Shown: positions 1 through 10,241 of the stretch, in pieces | Layout of the letters: every line of letters starts with the position of its first letter | Position numbering within the stretch: the first letter of the stretch is position 1 | DNA from: Paramoeba atlantica | Lineage: Eukaryota > Protista > Discosea | Assembly: GCA_977017575.1 (NCBI GenBank) | Contig: CDRNVI010000036.1 | Location: forward strand, 124,001-188,000 | Length of the DNA: 64,000 nt | Reading direction: 5' to 3' | Notes under the pieces: model-generated | Database searches by the model: none | What the model was told of the DNA's origin: nothing | What the model saw: only the letters and a program-made list of their open reading frames with translations | Position numbers and translations under genes: made by a program

Positions 1-80
1 TTGTTTTTTTCTAAATTTTTTAGAAAAATTACATTTTTTTAAAAGCAATCGCCCCCCTTTCGGAGGGAGCAAACGAAAAA

Positions 81-133
81 CGAAGTATAAAGGGGGGGGC
101 TGACCAGCGAAGTATAAAGTGGGGGTCACAGTA
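81..133. mobile_element. Right terminus of a TA-flanked non-autonomous DNA-transposon-like element extending off the window start
   Basis: CGAAGTATAAAG direct repeats at 81-92 and 108-119 (27-bp spacing), then GGGGGTCACAG|TA. GGGGGTCACAGTAC is identical at 121-134 and 8478-8491. Same end architecture as 51747-53322. Confidence 0.45.
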
Positions 134-263
134 CGCAAATAAGACGTACATGTAAATAGCGGATGTATAACAACACGAAACATTAGCCTTCTTTATTGTC
201 TCACCCGGTTTTTGTGGTCAATGAATCGTCCCCAGGAGTTACTACATGTGATATTCTCTTCAA

Positions 264-2276
264 TTACTTTTGCGACACCCACTCCTGGTGTAATGACACG
301 AGGCAGGGAATAACACTCGGGTCAGCCAAGGTGGTAACATCCCCAAAGTTGTCCTCCTGTCCCTGTGCAATACATCGCAGTACACGTCGCATGATCTTAC
401 CGGAGCGTGTTTTTGGAAGTCCCGGAGCCGGTTGAATTGCATCGGGTGTCGCAATCGGGCCAATCTTATCCCGCACTGTTTGCCTCACCGCGTGCACAGC
501 CCCGGACGTGACCTCAACCCCGGGGACGAACGTTACGAAGGCGTAGATCCCCTCCCCCTTGATTGGGTGGGGAACGGACACCACCGCACTCTCCACAACC
601 CCGTCATGGTGGTTAATGGCATTCTCCACTTCCCCGGACCCAATACGGTGACCACTCACATTCAAAACGTCGTCCACACGTCCCGTCACCCAGTAGTAGC
701 CGGAATCATCACGACGGCAGCCGTCCCCAGTGAAATAATACCCCGGGAACGGCTGGAAATAGAGCTCCGTGTACCTCTCGTGGTCACGGTGAATCGTGCG
801 TCCTTGGCCCGGCCACGGTGCGCGTATCGCAAGATACCCCTCACCGGGGCCCTGGAGTTCCTCCCCGGCCGCGTTCAGAACCACAGGCTCAATTCCAAAG
901 AACGGCAACGAGGCGGACCCGGGCTTCAGTTCGGTGCACCCAGGCAATGGCGTAATCATAATCCCCCCCGTCTCTGTCTGCCACCACGTATCCACCAAGT
1001 CACACCTTCCGTTCCCCACCTTGTGATAAAACCACTCCCAGGCGGCCACATTAATCGGCTCCCCCACGGACCCCAGCAACCGCAGCGACCTCCGATGTGT
1101 TTTCTCCAGAAACCCATCCCCTTCCCTCATTAACGCCCGTATCGCGGTGGGTGCGGTGTACAGAATACTCACCGCGTACCGATCCACCACCCGCCACCAC
1201 CGCCCGGGGTCCGGATACAACGGCATCCCCTCCAGCATCACACTCGTGGCCCCGCACAGCAACGGTCCAAACACCCCGTAGGTGTGGCCCGTGATCCACC
1301 CCACATCCCCGGTACAGAAATACACATCGGAGGGCTCGCTCTTGACATCAAAGATGAACCGAAATGTGGTCCCGGCATAGACCATGTACCCCCCGGTGGT
1401 GTGGACAACCCCCTTCGGCTGGCCGGTACTCCCGGAGGTGTAGAGCATGAACAGCGGGTGCTCCGACCCCACCCAGTGGATGTCAGCTGTCCCCTCCCCC
1501 CGGTGGGGAAGCCGATCGTACCAGCGATCCCGTCCAGCGGTCATCGGGACAGCCCCCCGGGCCGCAGCGGGGGCGCGGGAGAGGACCAACGTGTGGACAA
1601 ACCAATCCGAGGCCTCACACTCCGCCACGGCCGCATCGATGATGGGTTTGAGATTAATGGGTTTCGTCCCGCGGTGGGTGCGGTCCGCGGTGACGATAAG
1701 CCGGCTGCGGGAGTCGAGGAGACGACCCGCGACGGCGTGGGCACTGAACCCGGCGAAGATGACGTTACAGACGGCCCCGAGGCGCGCACAGGCGAGCATC
1801 AGAACCGGCGCCATGGGGGTCATGGGGAGGTAGGCCGAGACGACCTCCCCGGGGGAGACTTGGTAGTGCGAACGGAGCGCCCGGGTCATTTGGAGGACCG
1901 CCTCGTGGAGTTGGGCGTAGGTCCAGACCTCCGCCTCCGTCTCCTCGTTACCTTCCCAGAAAAACGCGACGCGTGACCCATTGCCACCTTCAATGTGACG
2001 ATCTAAACAGTTGTAACACATATTTGTCATTCCCTTGGGAAACCATTGCTGCTGAACTTTGCCCCGGCGGTAGTCATAGTTATAGGTGAAAATGTTGTCT
2101 TTGTCGTAGGGAGTTTGCCAAAAGAAACCCTGCGCCATTTCATCCCAGAATTCGGCCTTATTCCGAATGGACCGTTCATACAACGCCTTTCTCTCCTCCG
2201 AATTACGCAGATGACTTTTTGGGGTTACAGGGGCATACGTTTTTGTTTCTTCTGGACCTCGAATGGGAGTTCGCAT
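264..2276 (-). CDS. ACS: Acetyl-CoA synthetase (AMP-forming)
   Basis: 670 aa; LYTSGSTGQPKG AMP-binding motif, DTWWQTETGG, GRVDDVLNVSGHRIG, LPKTRSGKIMRR. Confidence 0.97.
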   Translation of the reverse strand: MRTPIRGPEETKTYAPVTPKSHLRNSEERKALYERSIRNKAEFWDEMAQGFFWQTPYDKDNIFTYNYDYRRGKVQQQWFPKGMTNMCYNCLDRHIEGGNGSRVAFFWEGNEETEAEVWTYAQLHEAVLQMTRALRSHYQVSPGEVVSAYLPMTPMAPVLMLACARLGAVCNVIFAGFSAHAVAGRLLDSRSRLIVTADRTHRGTKPINLKPIIDAAVAECEASDWFVHTLVLSRAPAAARGAVPMTAGRDRWYDRLPHRGEGTADIHWVGSEHPLFMLYTSGSTGQPKGVVHTTGGYMVYAGTTFRFIFDVKSEPSDVYFCTGDVGWITGHTYGVFGPLLCGATSVMLEGMPLYPDPGRWWRVVDRYAVSILYTAPTAIRALMREGDGFLEKTHRRSLRLLGSVGEPINVAAWEWFYHKVGNGRCDLVDTWWQTETGGIMITPLPGCTELKPGSASLPFFGIEPVVLNAAGEELQGPGEGYLAIRAPWPGQGRTIHRDHERYTELYFQPFPGYYFTGDGCRRDDSGYYWVTGRVDDVLNVSGHRIGSGEVENAINHHDGVVESAVVSVPHPIKGEGIYAFVTFVPGVEVTSGAVHAVRQTVRDKIGPIATPDAIQPAPGLPKTRSGKIMRRVLRCIAQGQEDNFGDVTTLADPSVIPCLVSLHQEWVSQK

Positions 2277-2596
2277 GGGGCAATGTTTGATAGAGGTCTA
2301 TGTGAAATAAATGTTACTGCCTGTCCATTCTATGTTTGGAATATTTAGAGAATATTCTATATTGGGATATTTGGAATATTACGTGACCACAAGTATAATA
2401 ATACTGGATCATAATACTCCCCCCTTTTGGGAAAATTAAGGCATACAAAGAGGTCATGTATGGCTTCTAATATAAAGGCATAGGTTTCTAATATAGAGAA
2501 AAGAAGGCTGTGCCACAGTAATGAAATATGTCGTACATTGTATTCCTTTATGTTCAATATGTTTACATTCAATATGAACTCCCCCAGGAAGATTCA

Positions 2597-4087
2597 TTAT
2601 CTCAGATGCCATGCTGGTTGTATAGTGGGCGCAGAAAAGACAATTTTTAGGGGCTGTGAATTAAGAACAAAGTCATGAATCGTGGTAAGGGCATCAACGG
2701 CAGACGATATTTCCTCGAACTCAAGTTCCGCGGCACGTTCCGATTCGATAGAGCACGATTCAAGAGTTTGTTGTGATTCGAACTCTAGCATACGAATAGA
2801 ATGAACCTTAAGCGCTTGATTCATCGATTCCGATAATTCAATACATTCTTTCAAGTCGCTTGCTGTGGTCTCGGGTGCAAGGTTCAGAGCATAGAGGAAA
2901 CGTGTGGGAGGGCAACGATGCGCCTCCAACCGCGGGTGAAGCGGTGACATCTCATAGCGGTGATCGATATGTGATACTGAATAGTCGTGCGAAAGACACT
3001 CAGTATCTCGCGGATCGCTTTCAATGGAATACACCTCGGACGCTACTGATGCGGAACGCTCTAAACCATTCCTTGAGCTTTCAGCTACAGTTCGAAAACG
3101 GTCCAGAAACCTCGAAGGTGCCTGTATGCAAGAGAGGGAGCGTATGCCCAGATGAGAAAGAGAAGCAGGAAAGCTGCGAAGCATATTTGCTGCGCAACAC
3201 GCTTGGTCCGCCGTCACATACTTCAGCAGGACGGGCGACACCTCACCCCGTGATGAGCCAATATTTCCCTTGAAAGCTGACAAGGCAAGGTCGAGAGGAG
3301 ATGTAACCCGTCTAATTGTGAGAATATCGCCGTAGAGTGAAAAAAATCGAAATAATCGATCAAGACTGAGCTTGAGAGGTACGTAAAAAACAATAAGGTA
3401 GGGCATACCAGTTCCGATAGGTCGAACTGTAGGTGTTTTAGGGCGCATTTCCAGAGATAAGATCGGCATACTCTCCAAGAGTAAATGTTTTGAAAGCTTC
3501 TTTGGCCTTTTGAATCTGGGAGCGTCAATGTTTGTAGCATCGGAATTTGAGCAGCCTACCTCTGCCGTACTTTGAGTTGCTGGGGAATTATTAGTAGATT
3601 GCCCGCTTTGTTCCGAGGAATTCTCGCGATAGCAAGACGTTTGCTCCGATTCGCACGTTTGTTCACCAAACTTCACGCACCTCATTTCAATCCGCTCAGG
3701 ATTTCTGAATTCGTCACTTTTACCAACATTAGTCCAGCTTGATGGAACCTGTACTTTCTCTTTGAGAAGTAACTCTGCCCCGCCTTCAGCTAAAAATTGT
3801 ATTACACGCATATTTACGAAAGCAGTTTCAATCAAGTCAACAGAAGAAACGCTGATTGACTCTCTGCATTTGTCGACGCTGCATATGGCTTCTTCTTGCG
3901 ATGAAAAGTCAAAAAGAATACTGAACATAGCATCATCGCGGGAAGGTAAAAACAGTCTTTTAGTGTACAGTCCAAAATGTCGACCAAGCTCTTCTTCAGT
4001 AGGTCTCGCGTGGTATTCAGACGAAAGTGTAACTAAAATAGAACAGGTTGGCGTATTGGAAATAAGTGAAACAAGCGCACGGCTCAT
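2597..4087 (-). CDS. PTB/hnRNP-L-like multi-RRM RNA-binding protein (DRBD3/DRBD4-type)
   Basis: 496 aa; RRM-like segments LFRFFSLYGDILTIRR and a PTB-RRM4-like C-terminus (LYALNLAPE...AVDALTTIHDFVLNSQPLKIVFS). Confidence 0.7.
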   Translation of the reverse strand: MSRALVSLISNTPTCSILVTLSSEYHARPTEEELGRHFGLYTKRLFLPSRDDAMFSILFDFSSQEEAICSVDKCRESISVSSVDLIETAFVNMRVIQFLAEGGAELLLKEKVQVPSSWTNVGKSDEFRNPERIEMRCVKFGEQTCESEQTSCYRENSSEQSGQSTNNSPATQSTAEVGCSNSDATNIDAPRFKRPKKLSKHLLLESMPILSLEMRPKTPTVRPIGTGMPYLIVFYVPLKLSLDRLFRFFSLYGDILTIRRVTSPLDLALSAFKGNIGSSRGEVSPVLLKYVTADQACCAANMLRSFPASLSHLGIRSLSCIQAPSRFLDRFRTVAESSRNGLERSASVASEVYSIESDPRDTECLSHDYSVSHIDHRYEMSPLHPRLEAHRCPPTRFLYALNLAPETTASDLKECIELSESMNQALKVHSIRMLEFESQQTLESCSIESERAAELEFEEISSAVDALTTIHDFVLNSQPLKIVFSAPTIQPAWHLR

Positions 4088-4566
4088 GTATTGCGCATTA
4101 GATTATAATAATAAGCCAAATGTATAATGTACATACATTTTTGTAATGTTCGAGGTGCATGCTTGAGTTAGAGCGTATACAAAAGGGCCTGTATATAAGA
4201 TGCGTATCAGATGTATTACATTTATTTTCTAAAGACTTCAAACTCGTAGCTGGTATACCCAGCATAGTTTTTGCATGATAGATTTTAATTACTAGTGTTA
4301 TTTTCAAAAGAATGGAAGTCAATTGCTCCAATCCACTTCACTTGTACTACCAGTTTTTGTATCAATCCCACAACGACTCCTTCCGAGCTTTCGTGGACGT
4401 GTTCGTAGCAAGGCAAGTGTGTGTTGGAATATGACTGAAATAAGACAATACGTCCGGGGCGGACGTAAAATGATTCTTTTGAGCAAATACTGCAATAAAA
4501 TTATTGGTCGGATTTTTTGGCTCAGAGACTGACTTCAATTGGCAAGTTGCAAGGTATACAACGTTC

Positions 4567-5682
4567 TCAAAAGAGCAAACTACATAAAAAAGAGTAAATA
4601 GCTGCATCACATTGGATATATTTGTCACGGTCATTCGTATTCAGTAACTCTGTGGCATTCGCAAGAAAGTATGATGCTTTGCCCGTCCGGAAAAGAAGAT
4701 TCCTAATGTATTTTGACATTAGGCGCAAAGCCTTATGTGTCTCCGTGTGATCTTTTTTGCATATCACTGGGGGAAATTGAGCGTGCTCAAGCAAGTACAT
4801 GAGACTCTCAAAGTTCGAGGCTATCCAGCATGGAAAGGACATAAAACGTTCTTGAGCATCGAAAACTGTTCCATCGCTGAGAGTAAGAATGTATGTCTTG
4901 TTGACGTCCCCATCTGCTAATACAAAGCCAGTTGGCTTAAGTATTTGATTGAGGGTAAAAGAAGGTGAGGCATACACTGCAGAGAGAACGTTTTGGGACT
5001 GGAAAGTATGCCGTTTTACAGCGTCCCAATCGAGCATAAAACAAAGTGAACCATTTCTTGTAGTGGGAAAAGAAGCCAAAGAATAGTAGATTAGATTCTC
5101 AAGTGAAGCCGCTCCAGAGTGATTTGAATAATCTGAGGTCACGCTATGCCCTGCACTTGTTCTTCCTGCTTCATTTTCGGTGTTTGTAGAGCAATTAATG
5201 TTGGCGGAACGGAAATTTGAAATGTCGCACATTGTGTGAATGCGATCGGGAATGAAATCTTCTGATGTATACTCAAAAACGCCACACAGTGTAGTCTCAA
5301 CATTGATTCGAAAGTTTATGGCTTTCGGAAGGTTCCGTAACAAGCTTAGTTCTATTTGAGTAATACTGCGAAATACAGAACTTCGTACTTCTCTCTTCTC
5401 AGATGTTACTATGAGCATTTTCATTAGCCAACTTCGCAGTAGTGCGACGAATTGCTCTACGTAGGTAAAGGAAAACCCGTCATTACCAATGCAGCCTTGT
5501 TCAAGAATCGAAGAACTCAATGTGGCGTTTGCTACATCAGGGGCTGTACTAATTAGTTTCCACTGAATATGCTTCGTATCATTTACTTCCGAGTCATTGA
5601 ATTGAAGATGCAACATCATTTTTCTCTTTGGAAAATGGTTCTCAAACCTAGAGAGCTTGTCCAGAAGTGTCTCTAGAAGCAT
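4567..5682 (-). CDS. Hypothetical protein
   Basis: 371-aa ATG-initiated ORF on the same strand as all neighbours; no motif recognised. Confidence 0.65.
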   Translation of the reverse strand: MLLETLLDKLSRFENHFPKRKMMLHLQFNDSEVNDTKHIQWKLISTAPDVANATLSSSILEQGCIGNDGFSFTYVEQFVALLRSWLMKMLIVTSEKREVRSSVFRSITQIELSLLRNLPKAINFRINVETTLCGVFEYTSEDFIPDRIHTMCDISNFRSANINCSTNTENEAGRTSAGHSVTSDYSNHSGAASLENLIYYSLASFPTTRNGSLCFMLDWDAVKRHTFQSQNVLSAVYASPSFTLNQILKPTGFVLADGDVNKTYILTLSDGTVFDAQERFMSFPCWIASNFESLMYLLEHAQFPPVICKKDHTETHKALRLMSKYIRNLLFRTGKASYFLANATELLNTNDRDKYIQCDAAIYSFLCSLLF

Positions 5683-6148
5683 GAAATAATTACGAACTGA
5701 TGAATAAGCTCACATTAGCTAGGCACCATTATTTGGAAGCGCCGTACGACTAAATGATGTGATCAACACTGTAAGAAAATGAGTTGTGCATAACTTAAGA
5801 GACCAACTAATACAAAAAGGACTTTAGGGAATATCATAAAGCCGTAAAAAGGCAGCTAAACGACTGTGTTGCACGTTAAAACATGTACGAATTGAAAGCA
5901 TAATGAATACATTGATGTACGTGCGTGTCATCCCTGGGTTGCGTGTCACTCAAAAAATGAATTTTGAAAACAAGGTATTCGGAAACTTGCAGAAGTATCT
6001 CGAAGAACGTGGTATACTAGATAGCCAGTACATTCTGTGCTACTCTGTTTTACTCTTTTTTCCTGGTGAAGCAAGAAATAATTTATAACTACCCTTCACA
6101 TGGAAAAAGTAGCATTACTCAATGACAGGAATGAGGTGGACACGTATC

Positions 6149-6502
6149 TCAAAGAAGTCCGCCTAGTTTATTCCTCAATAACCAGCACCCTTTTTCGTAC
6201 ATGATACCTCGCACACGGCCTGATGTTGCTGAAGCCGTAACGCTAAACTCGTGGCGCAGCATTGAACGAAAGAAGTTTAATGATGTGTGACGGAGGGATT
6301 TTGAAGCATATCGCAGCAAAGACCGATAAAGCGCACGAGCTTGAGCTCTAGTCGGCTCTGTTGGGGGAACATGATTCTGGGCTTGCTCAATGCGACGTTT
6401 TTCCAGCTCTCTGCGACGTCTAACGATTCGCCAATTGTTCTGCCCGGATCGCAAATTTTTATATCCACGCGCTTTTAAAAGGACTGAAGATAATCTCAGC
6501 AT
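6149..6502 (-). CDS. LYR-motif mitochondrial protein
   Basis: ALYRSLLRYA...LRHEF LYR signature; basic N-terminus MLRLSSVLLKARG resembles a mitochondrial presequence. The track start at 6508 is TTG; the first ATG is at 6502. Confidence 0.75.
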   Translation of the reverse strand: MLRLSSVLLKARGYKNLRSGQNNWRIVRRRRELEKRRIEQAQNHVPPTEPTRAQARALYRSLLRYASKSLRHTSLNFFRSMLRHEFSVTASATSGRVRGIMYEKGCWLLRNKLGGLL

Positions 6503-6680
6503 ATGCAATTCATGTCGGGTGAAACAGCAAACTTAAAATATGTTTCTATGAACAATTAGATGATTTAGTGGTATGAATATGCCACGAAACTACGAAAGCG
6601 TGGCCATCAAACATTTGAAAAATTTGTGCATTAGATAATTTCTGTGCTAAGCTCACCACTTATCAATAAATGCATATCGG

Positions 6681-6739
6681 CTGACCTTCATGATACTTCA
6701 CTGACCTTCATGATACTTCACTGACCTTCATGGTATTCA
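6681..6739. repeat. Tandem repeat with a 20-bp unit
   Basis: CTGACCTTCATGATACTTCA x2 plus a degenerate third copy. Confidence 0.9.
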
Positions 6740-6765
6740 CGGAATTCTATAAATAACAGATTCAT

Positions 6766-7728
6766 CTAATTCCAGTGAATCCCGTTGTGTTCAACGGGGT
6801 TAATAAGCTCGCAGGCCAAGAATTCGTTATGAGGAGTCCAGTAAAAGAACTTGCCAATGCTATCCTTGATCAGCCAAAGAGTGGTACCAAATATCGAAAC
6901 AAGAAAACTCGGTAACAATGAGGAATCTCCGAGAAAGATGGATGTACTCATACTAAAAATAGACAGAGTAACATACTGCTTTTGCAAAGTGTATATCGCG
7001 AGGTACAGAGCTATGATGTAAAAACAAAAAGGAACGAACTGGGCGATGTACAGGCAAAAATCTAACCTGCGCTCACGTTGCTGAATTTTGTGGCAGTAAT
7101 GTGTGAAGAGATAGAACCAAAACTTTGGTGTAGAGGGTTTTTTTGCAGATAGGGCCAAAGCATTTTGTCTCTTAGAGGTGCTGCACGAGATGCACATATC
7201 AAGAAATAGTCGCGTCACTTCAAATAGAATCAACCATTTCACCATCCATCGAAGTAAGTTTTCAAAATCTATGCCATAGAGAAGAATACGTTCAGACGAA
7301 AAACTCTCCAATACTTCCACAAAGGTTGAATACTTCTGAATTGTATCTTGCATTAGTACCAATTCACGTAGCACATCGTCTGCCGCATTACGAAGCAATA
7401 TACAATTCGGAGAAGTTTCATTGTTCTTGAATAAGATTCCCTTTCGATGTCCTCCGACTCTGCCGTGTCGTTGAAAATTCGCGATTGTATTTGGTTCAGT
7501 GAGGTCCGCAGTCTGAGGAGAATTGTCTACAATGATATATGCATTTGAACTGTGACTGGAATCCGCTTTTGGGAATCCATTATTAAGAACTGTTCTGTTT
7601 GGAGCACACCCAATGTGATGGAACCTACATAGAGAAGAACTATAACATTGCACTCCAATGGATACGGAAAACCCCAAATGAAGAAGTAAAAAAATGGAGA
7701 CAGACACCAAGCTTGTCCGAAGCCTCAT
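6766..7728 (-). CDS. Hypothetical membrane protein
   Basis: 320 aa; hydrophobic N-terminus and several hydrophobic stretches in the C-terminal half. Confidence 0.6.
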   Translation of the reverse strand: MRLRTSLVSVSIFLLLHLGFSVSIGVQCYSSSLCRFHHIGCAPNRTVLNNGFPKADSSHSSNAYIIVDNSPQTADLTEPNTIANFQRHGRVGGHRKGILFKNNETSPNCILLRNAADDVLRELVLMQDTIQKYSTFVEVLESFSSERILLYGIDFENLLRWMVKWLILFEVTRLFLDMCISCSTSKRQNALALSAKKPSTPKFWFYLFTHYCHKIQQRERRLDFCLYIAQFVPFCFYIIALYLAIYTLQKQYVTLSIFSMSTSIFLGDSSLLPSFLVSIFGTTLWLIKDSIGKFFYWTPHNEFLACELINPVEHNGIHWN

Positions 7729-8443
7729 TCATTGCAAATGCATAAAAAATGTGTAATTTAAACAATGTTCTAGAAATACGATTGCAATTATTTTTGATAA
7801 TTAATTTGCGCACTTAATTTGCGCGAAACGTTTTTCTAAACCTATAGTTGAACTACAGAACATCTTTGAAAGCCTAGTTCGTAGTAAGGAAATACGCATA
7901 ATTAGACGAAGTAATACAGTTCGACCGGTTATAAATAGGATTATAGGCAACATGATGTATTTTCAGGTCAGTTGTACAGCAGCATGAAGTATTGACCATA
8001 AAATTCAGTGCGAAACAGACCTATCCAATTCAAAGCTGTTTTAATATTTTTTTAATAATAATTACCGGTGAAACGGTTATTAAGGATAAACGTAATTAAG
8101 GCAGAACAGTTTTAAAAATTAATTATTGCCTTAATTGAAGTTGCTTTAATTAAAGTGGTGCTGATAAAAGCCCAAAACAGTTCTTATTTAAATATTGTCG
8201 TTTGTAGCATAAATATCACATTTCTGCTAAAAGTGTTCAATTTCTGATCATTTTTCATGTTTTTCGAACTTTTCTAGACGAGCTTCGCATGTTTCGCCTA
8301 CCTTTACGGTCTTCAACCAGTTCAACGTGTGAGAGAAAACGGTGAAACTGAAGCAAATTTAGGTATTTTCTATTTTTTTCTATCAATTTTTCTGGTTGTA
8401 GAAATTTTTTGATGTTAGAAATAGAAATATATTTATTATTAAA

Positions 8444-8490
8444 TAAAGGGGGGGATACCCCCTGTCCATATTAAAGGGGGGGTCACAGTA
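8444..8490. mobile_element. Right terminus of the same TA-flanked element family as 81-133
   Basis: TAAAGGGGGGG at 8444 and 8472 (28-bp spacing), ending GGGGGTCACAG|TA; no matching left end found. Confidence 0.4.
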
Positions 8491-8956
8491 CCAGAATTTG
8501 GACAGAATGCGCTCGTCACAATTTTCGTCTTTGGGAGGGACTACAAGTGGGAAAGCGTGAACCACCGTCGACAGTGGGTCACTGAGGAAGGTTTGAACTA
8601 GGTATGCGAAAGCATGTAAAAATGGGTGAAAAAACGTTGCAAAAGCACCAGAATATGAATCTGGGGTGAAGAAATGAAAACTATAAAAAAGTCAAAAAAA
8701 TCGATTTTGGGGTACACTTTCGATGGCATTAATCTAAAATATTTTTCCAAAATTTCGCCTATTGTATTTTGATAGCTTGGGACCTATTCTAGCTTTCTAC
8801 GCCATTGTTTTAGCGAGATATAGCTTCCTAAAGCCGTGATACGCCTCCCAAAATGACCCATTTTTGAATGAAATATGCAAAAAAGTAATTTTCGGACCCA
8901 AAGGAGTCTTTTTGGGTCGGAAGAATGGTGTGGTTGGAGTCGCATTCCCTGCCCAA

Positions 8957-9067
8957 TACAGGGGGGAAAAAAGTTATCTCAATAAAAGTCGAGGCAACAA
9001 AAGTTGTGTCAACAAAAGTCGTATTAATGCGAAAAAGATGGTGAGGAACAAAAGTATGTTAAAAAGT
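8957..9067. repeat. TA|CAGGGGGGAAAAAAGT putative element end followed by 15-bp-period AAAAGT repeats
   Basis: AAAAGT at 8969, 8984, 8999 and 9014 (exact 15-bp period), plus 9050 and 9062. Confidence 0.55.
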
Positions 9068-9092
9068 AGATTTCGTTTTCTTTTTTTAAAAA

Positions 9093-9481
9093 ATGGATGC
9101 ATATTTGCACACCATCCTTGAAGCGAAGGTCTTGGGCGACCTAAATTATATAGAGACCCCAAAGCAGTACCCTTCTTCCCAAGCGGAAAAGGTCATGATG
9201 ACGCAAATGGCGAAAAGCTTAGGTCTGAGCAAAGCTTCTCGCGAATGGGAAAGAGTTCATGATGCGTTTCACTCAGTTTCCCTTTTTTTCAAAATACTTA
9301 TCTCACTACAACGAAAGTAAACGTAAACGTCTACCCGAAAACGAGCTCTAGAACGAGATCTACAAGACTTGGCCCAAGTAGAGCAACTCTTGCCGAGGTC
9401 CTAAACACTGAAAATCGCCCAGGTCCTCAAATCACGCAAGATCCTTCAGACCGCGAGGACGACGTCGACGCCCTGACATAG
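9093..9481 (+). pseudogene. Possible frameshifted plus-strand ORF remnant
   Basis: 75-aa ORF that continues plausibly in other frames after the T-run near 9283-9289 (SKYLSHYNESKRKRLPENEL, then SRTRSTRLGPS...DREDDVDALT*); no family recognised. Confidence 0.2.
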
Positions 9482-9693
9482 AAACTGATTTCGTTTTTAC
9501 TGATAGCAATGGTTTGGTGATGCTTCCGATTGAAGTCCATCGTCAGAACATAAAGAAAGCGACGAATTTCCCACACGCAAACGTCGGATTCAGTGCTCTG
9601 AGAGCAAAATGACCCCATTTTTATCCGAAAATCGGCTATTTTTGGCTATAATCTTTCCGTTTTCTTCAGCTTTCCAGGCTAAACTCGCTTTTT

Positions 9694-9792
9694 TAGGCTC
9701 TTCGTTAAACGCAGTGGTAGTTTTCAACGCGAAGCGCGCAGCATGAGTGACTTCTCAGTTGAAAACAACCACCGCGTTTAACGAAGAGCCTA
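9694..9792. mobile_element. 95-bp palindromic MITE-like element flanked by TA
   Basis: Arms 9692-9728 and 9758-9794 are 37-bp inverted repeats with 2 mismatches; TA at 9694-95 and 9791-92. Confidence 0.65.
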
Positions 9793-10241
9793 AACAAGAA
9801 ATTAAAGTTGCCTTAATTAAAGTTGCCTTAATTTTAATTACTTTTAGTGTGTGTGTTAGTTCCGCCATAGTGACAGCAACTATTGGGTTGAAGAGTCACT
9901 AGTGACTTCTCTATTGAGTTGCACGCATCTGGATTGCTAAAACTCAATAGTAAACTCAATAGTAACTGAAGTGTGTTTCTATTATTGAGTCTGAACTTAA
10001 TAGTTCCTATGAAACTTGTGTACTATTGAGTCTGAACTTCATACCTAATATTTTTGTAGTCCAATAATTTTTTTTGATTTCGTCAAAATTGTTTTCCCAG
10101 AAACGATTTCTAGTACATGTTTGAGAGTTTAAAGCCTCAGCTATTGTACCCTGACTGTTCAAGATGATCACTTTACAAACAAAACTATTGAACCTTCCTG
10201 GTACTCCAAAAATCATTTCTAGATTTCTGATTATTTAAGTC

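Noticed and set aside
432-1976. Long plus-strand ORFs (233 and 230 aa) over ACS, and similar ones over ALAT (29994-30512) and UFD2 (56238-56804, 56985-57458)
   Set aside because: They are shadows of well-supported minus-strand genes in GC islands where stop codons are scarce; the translations are low-complexity with no motifs.
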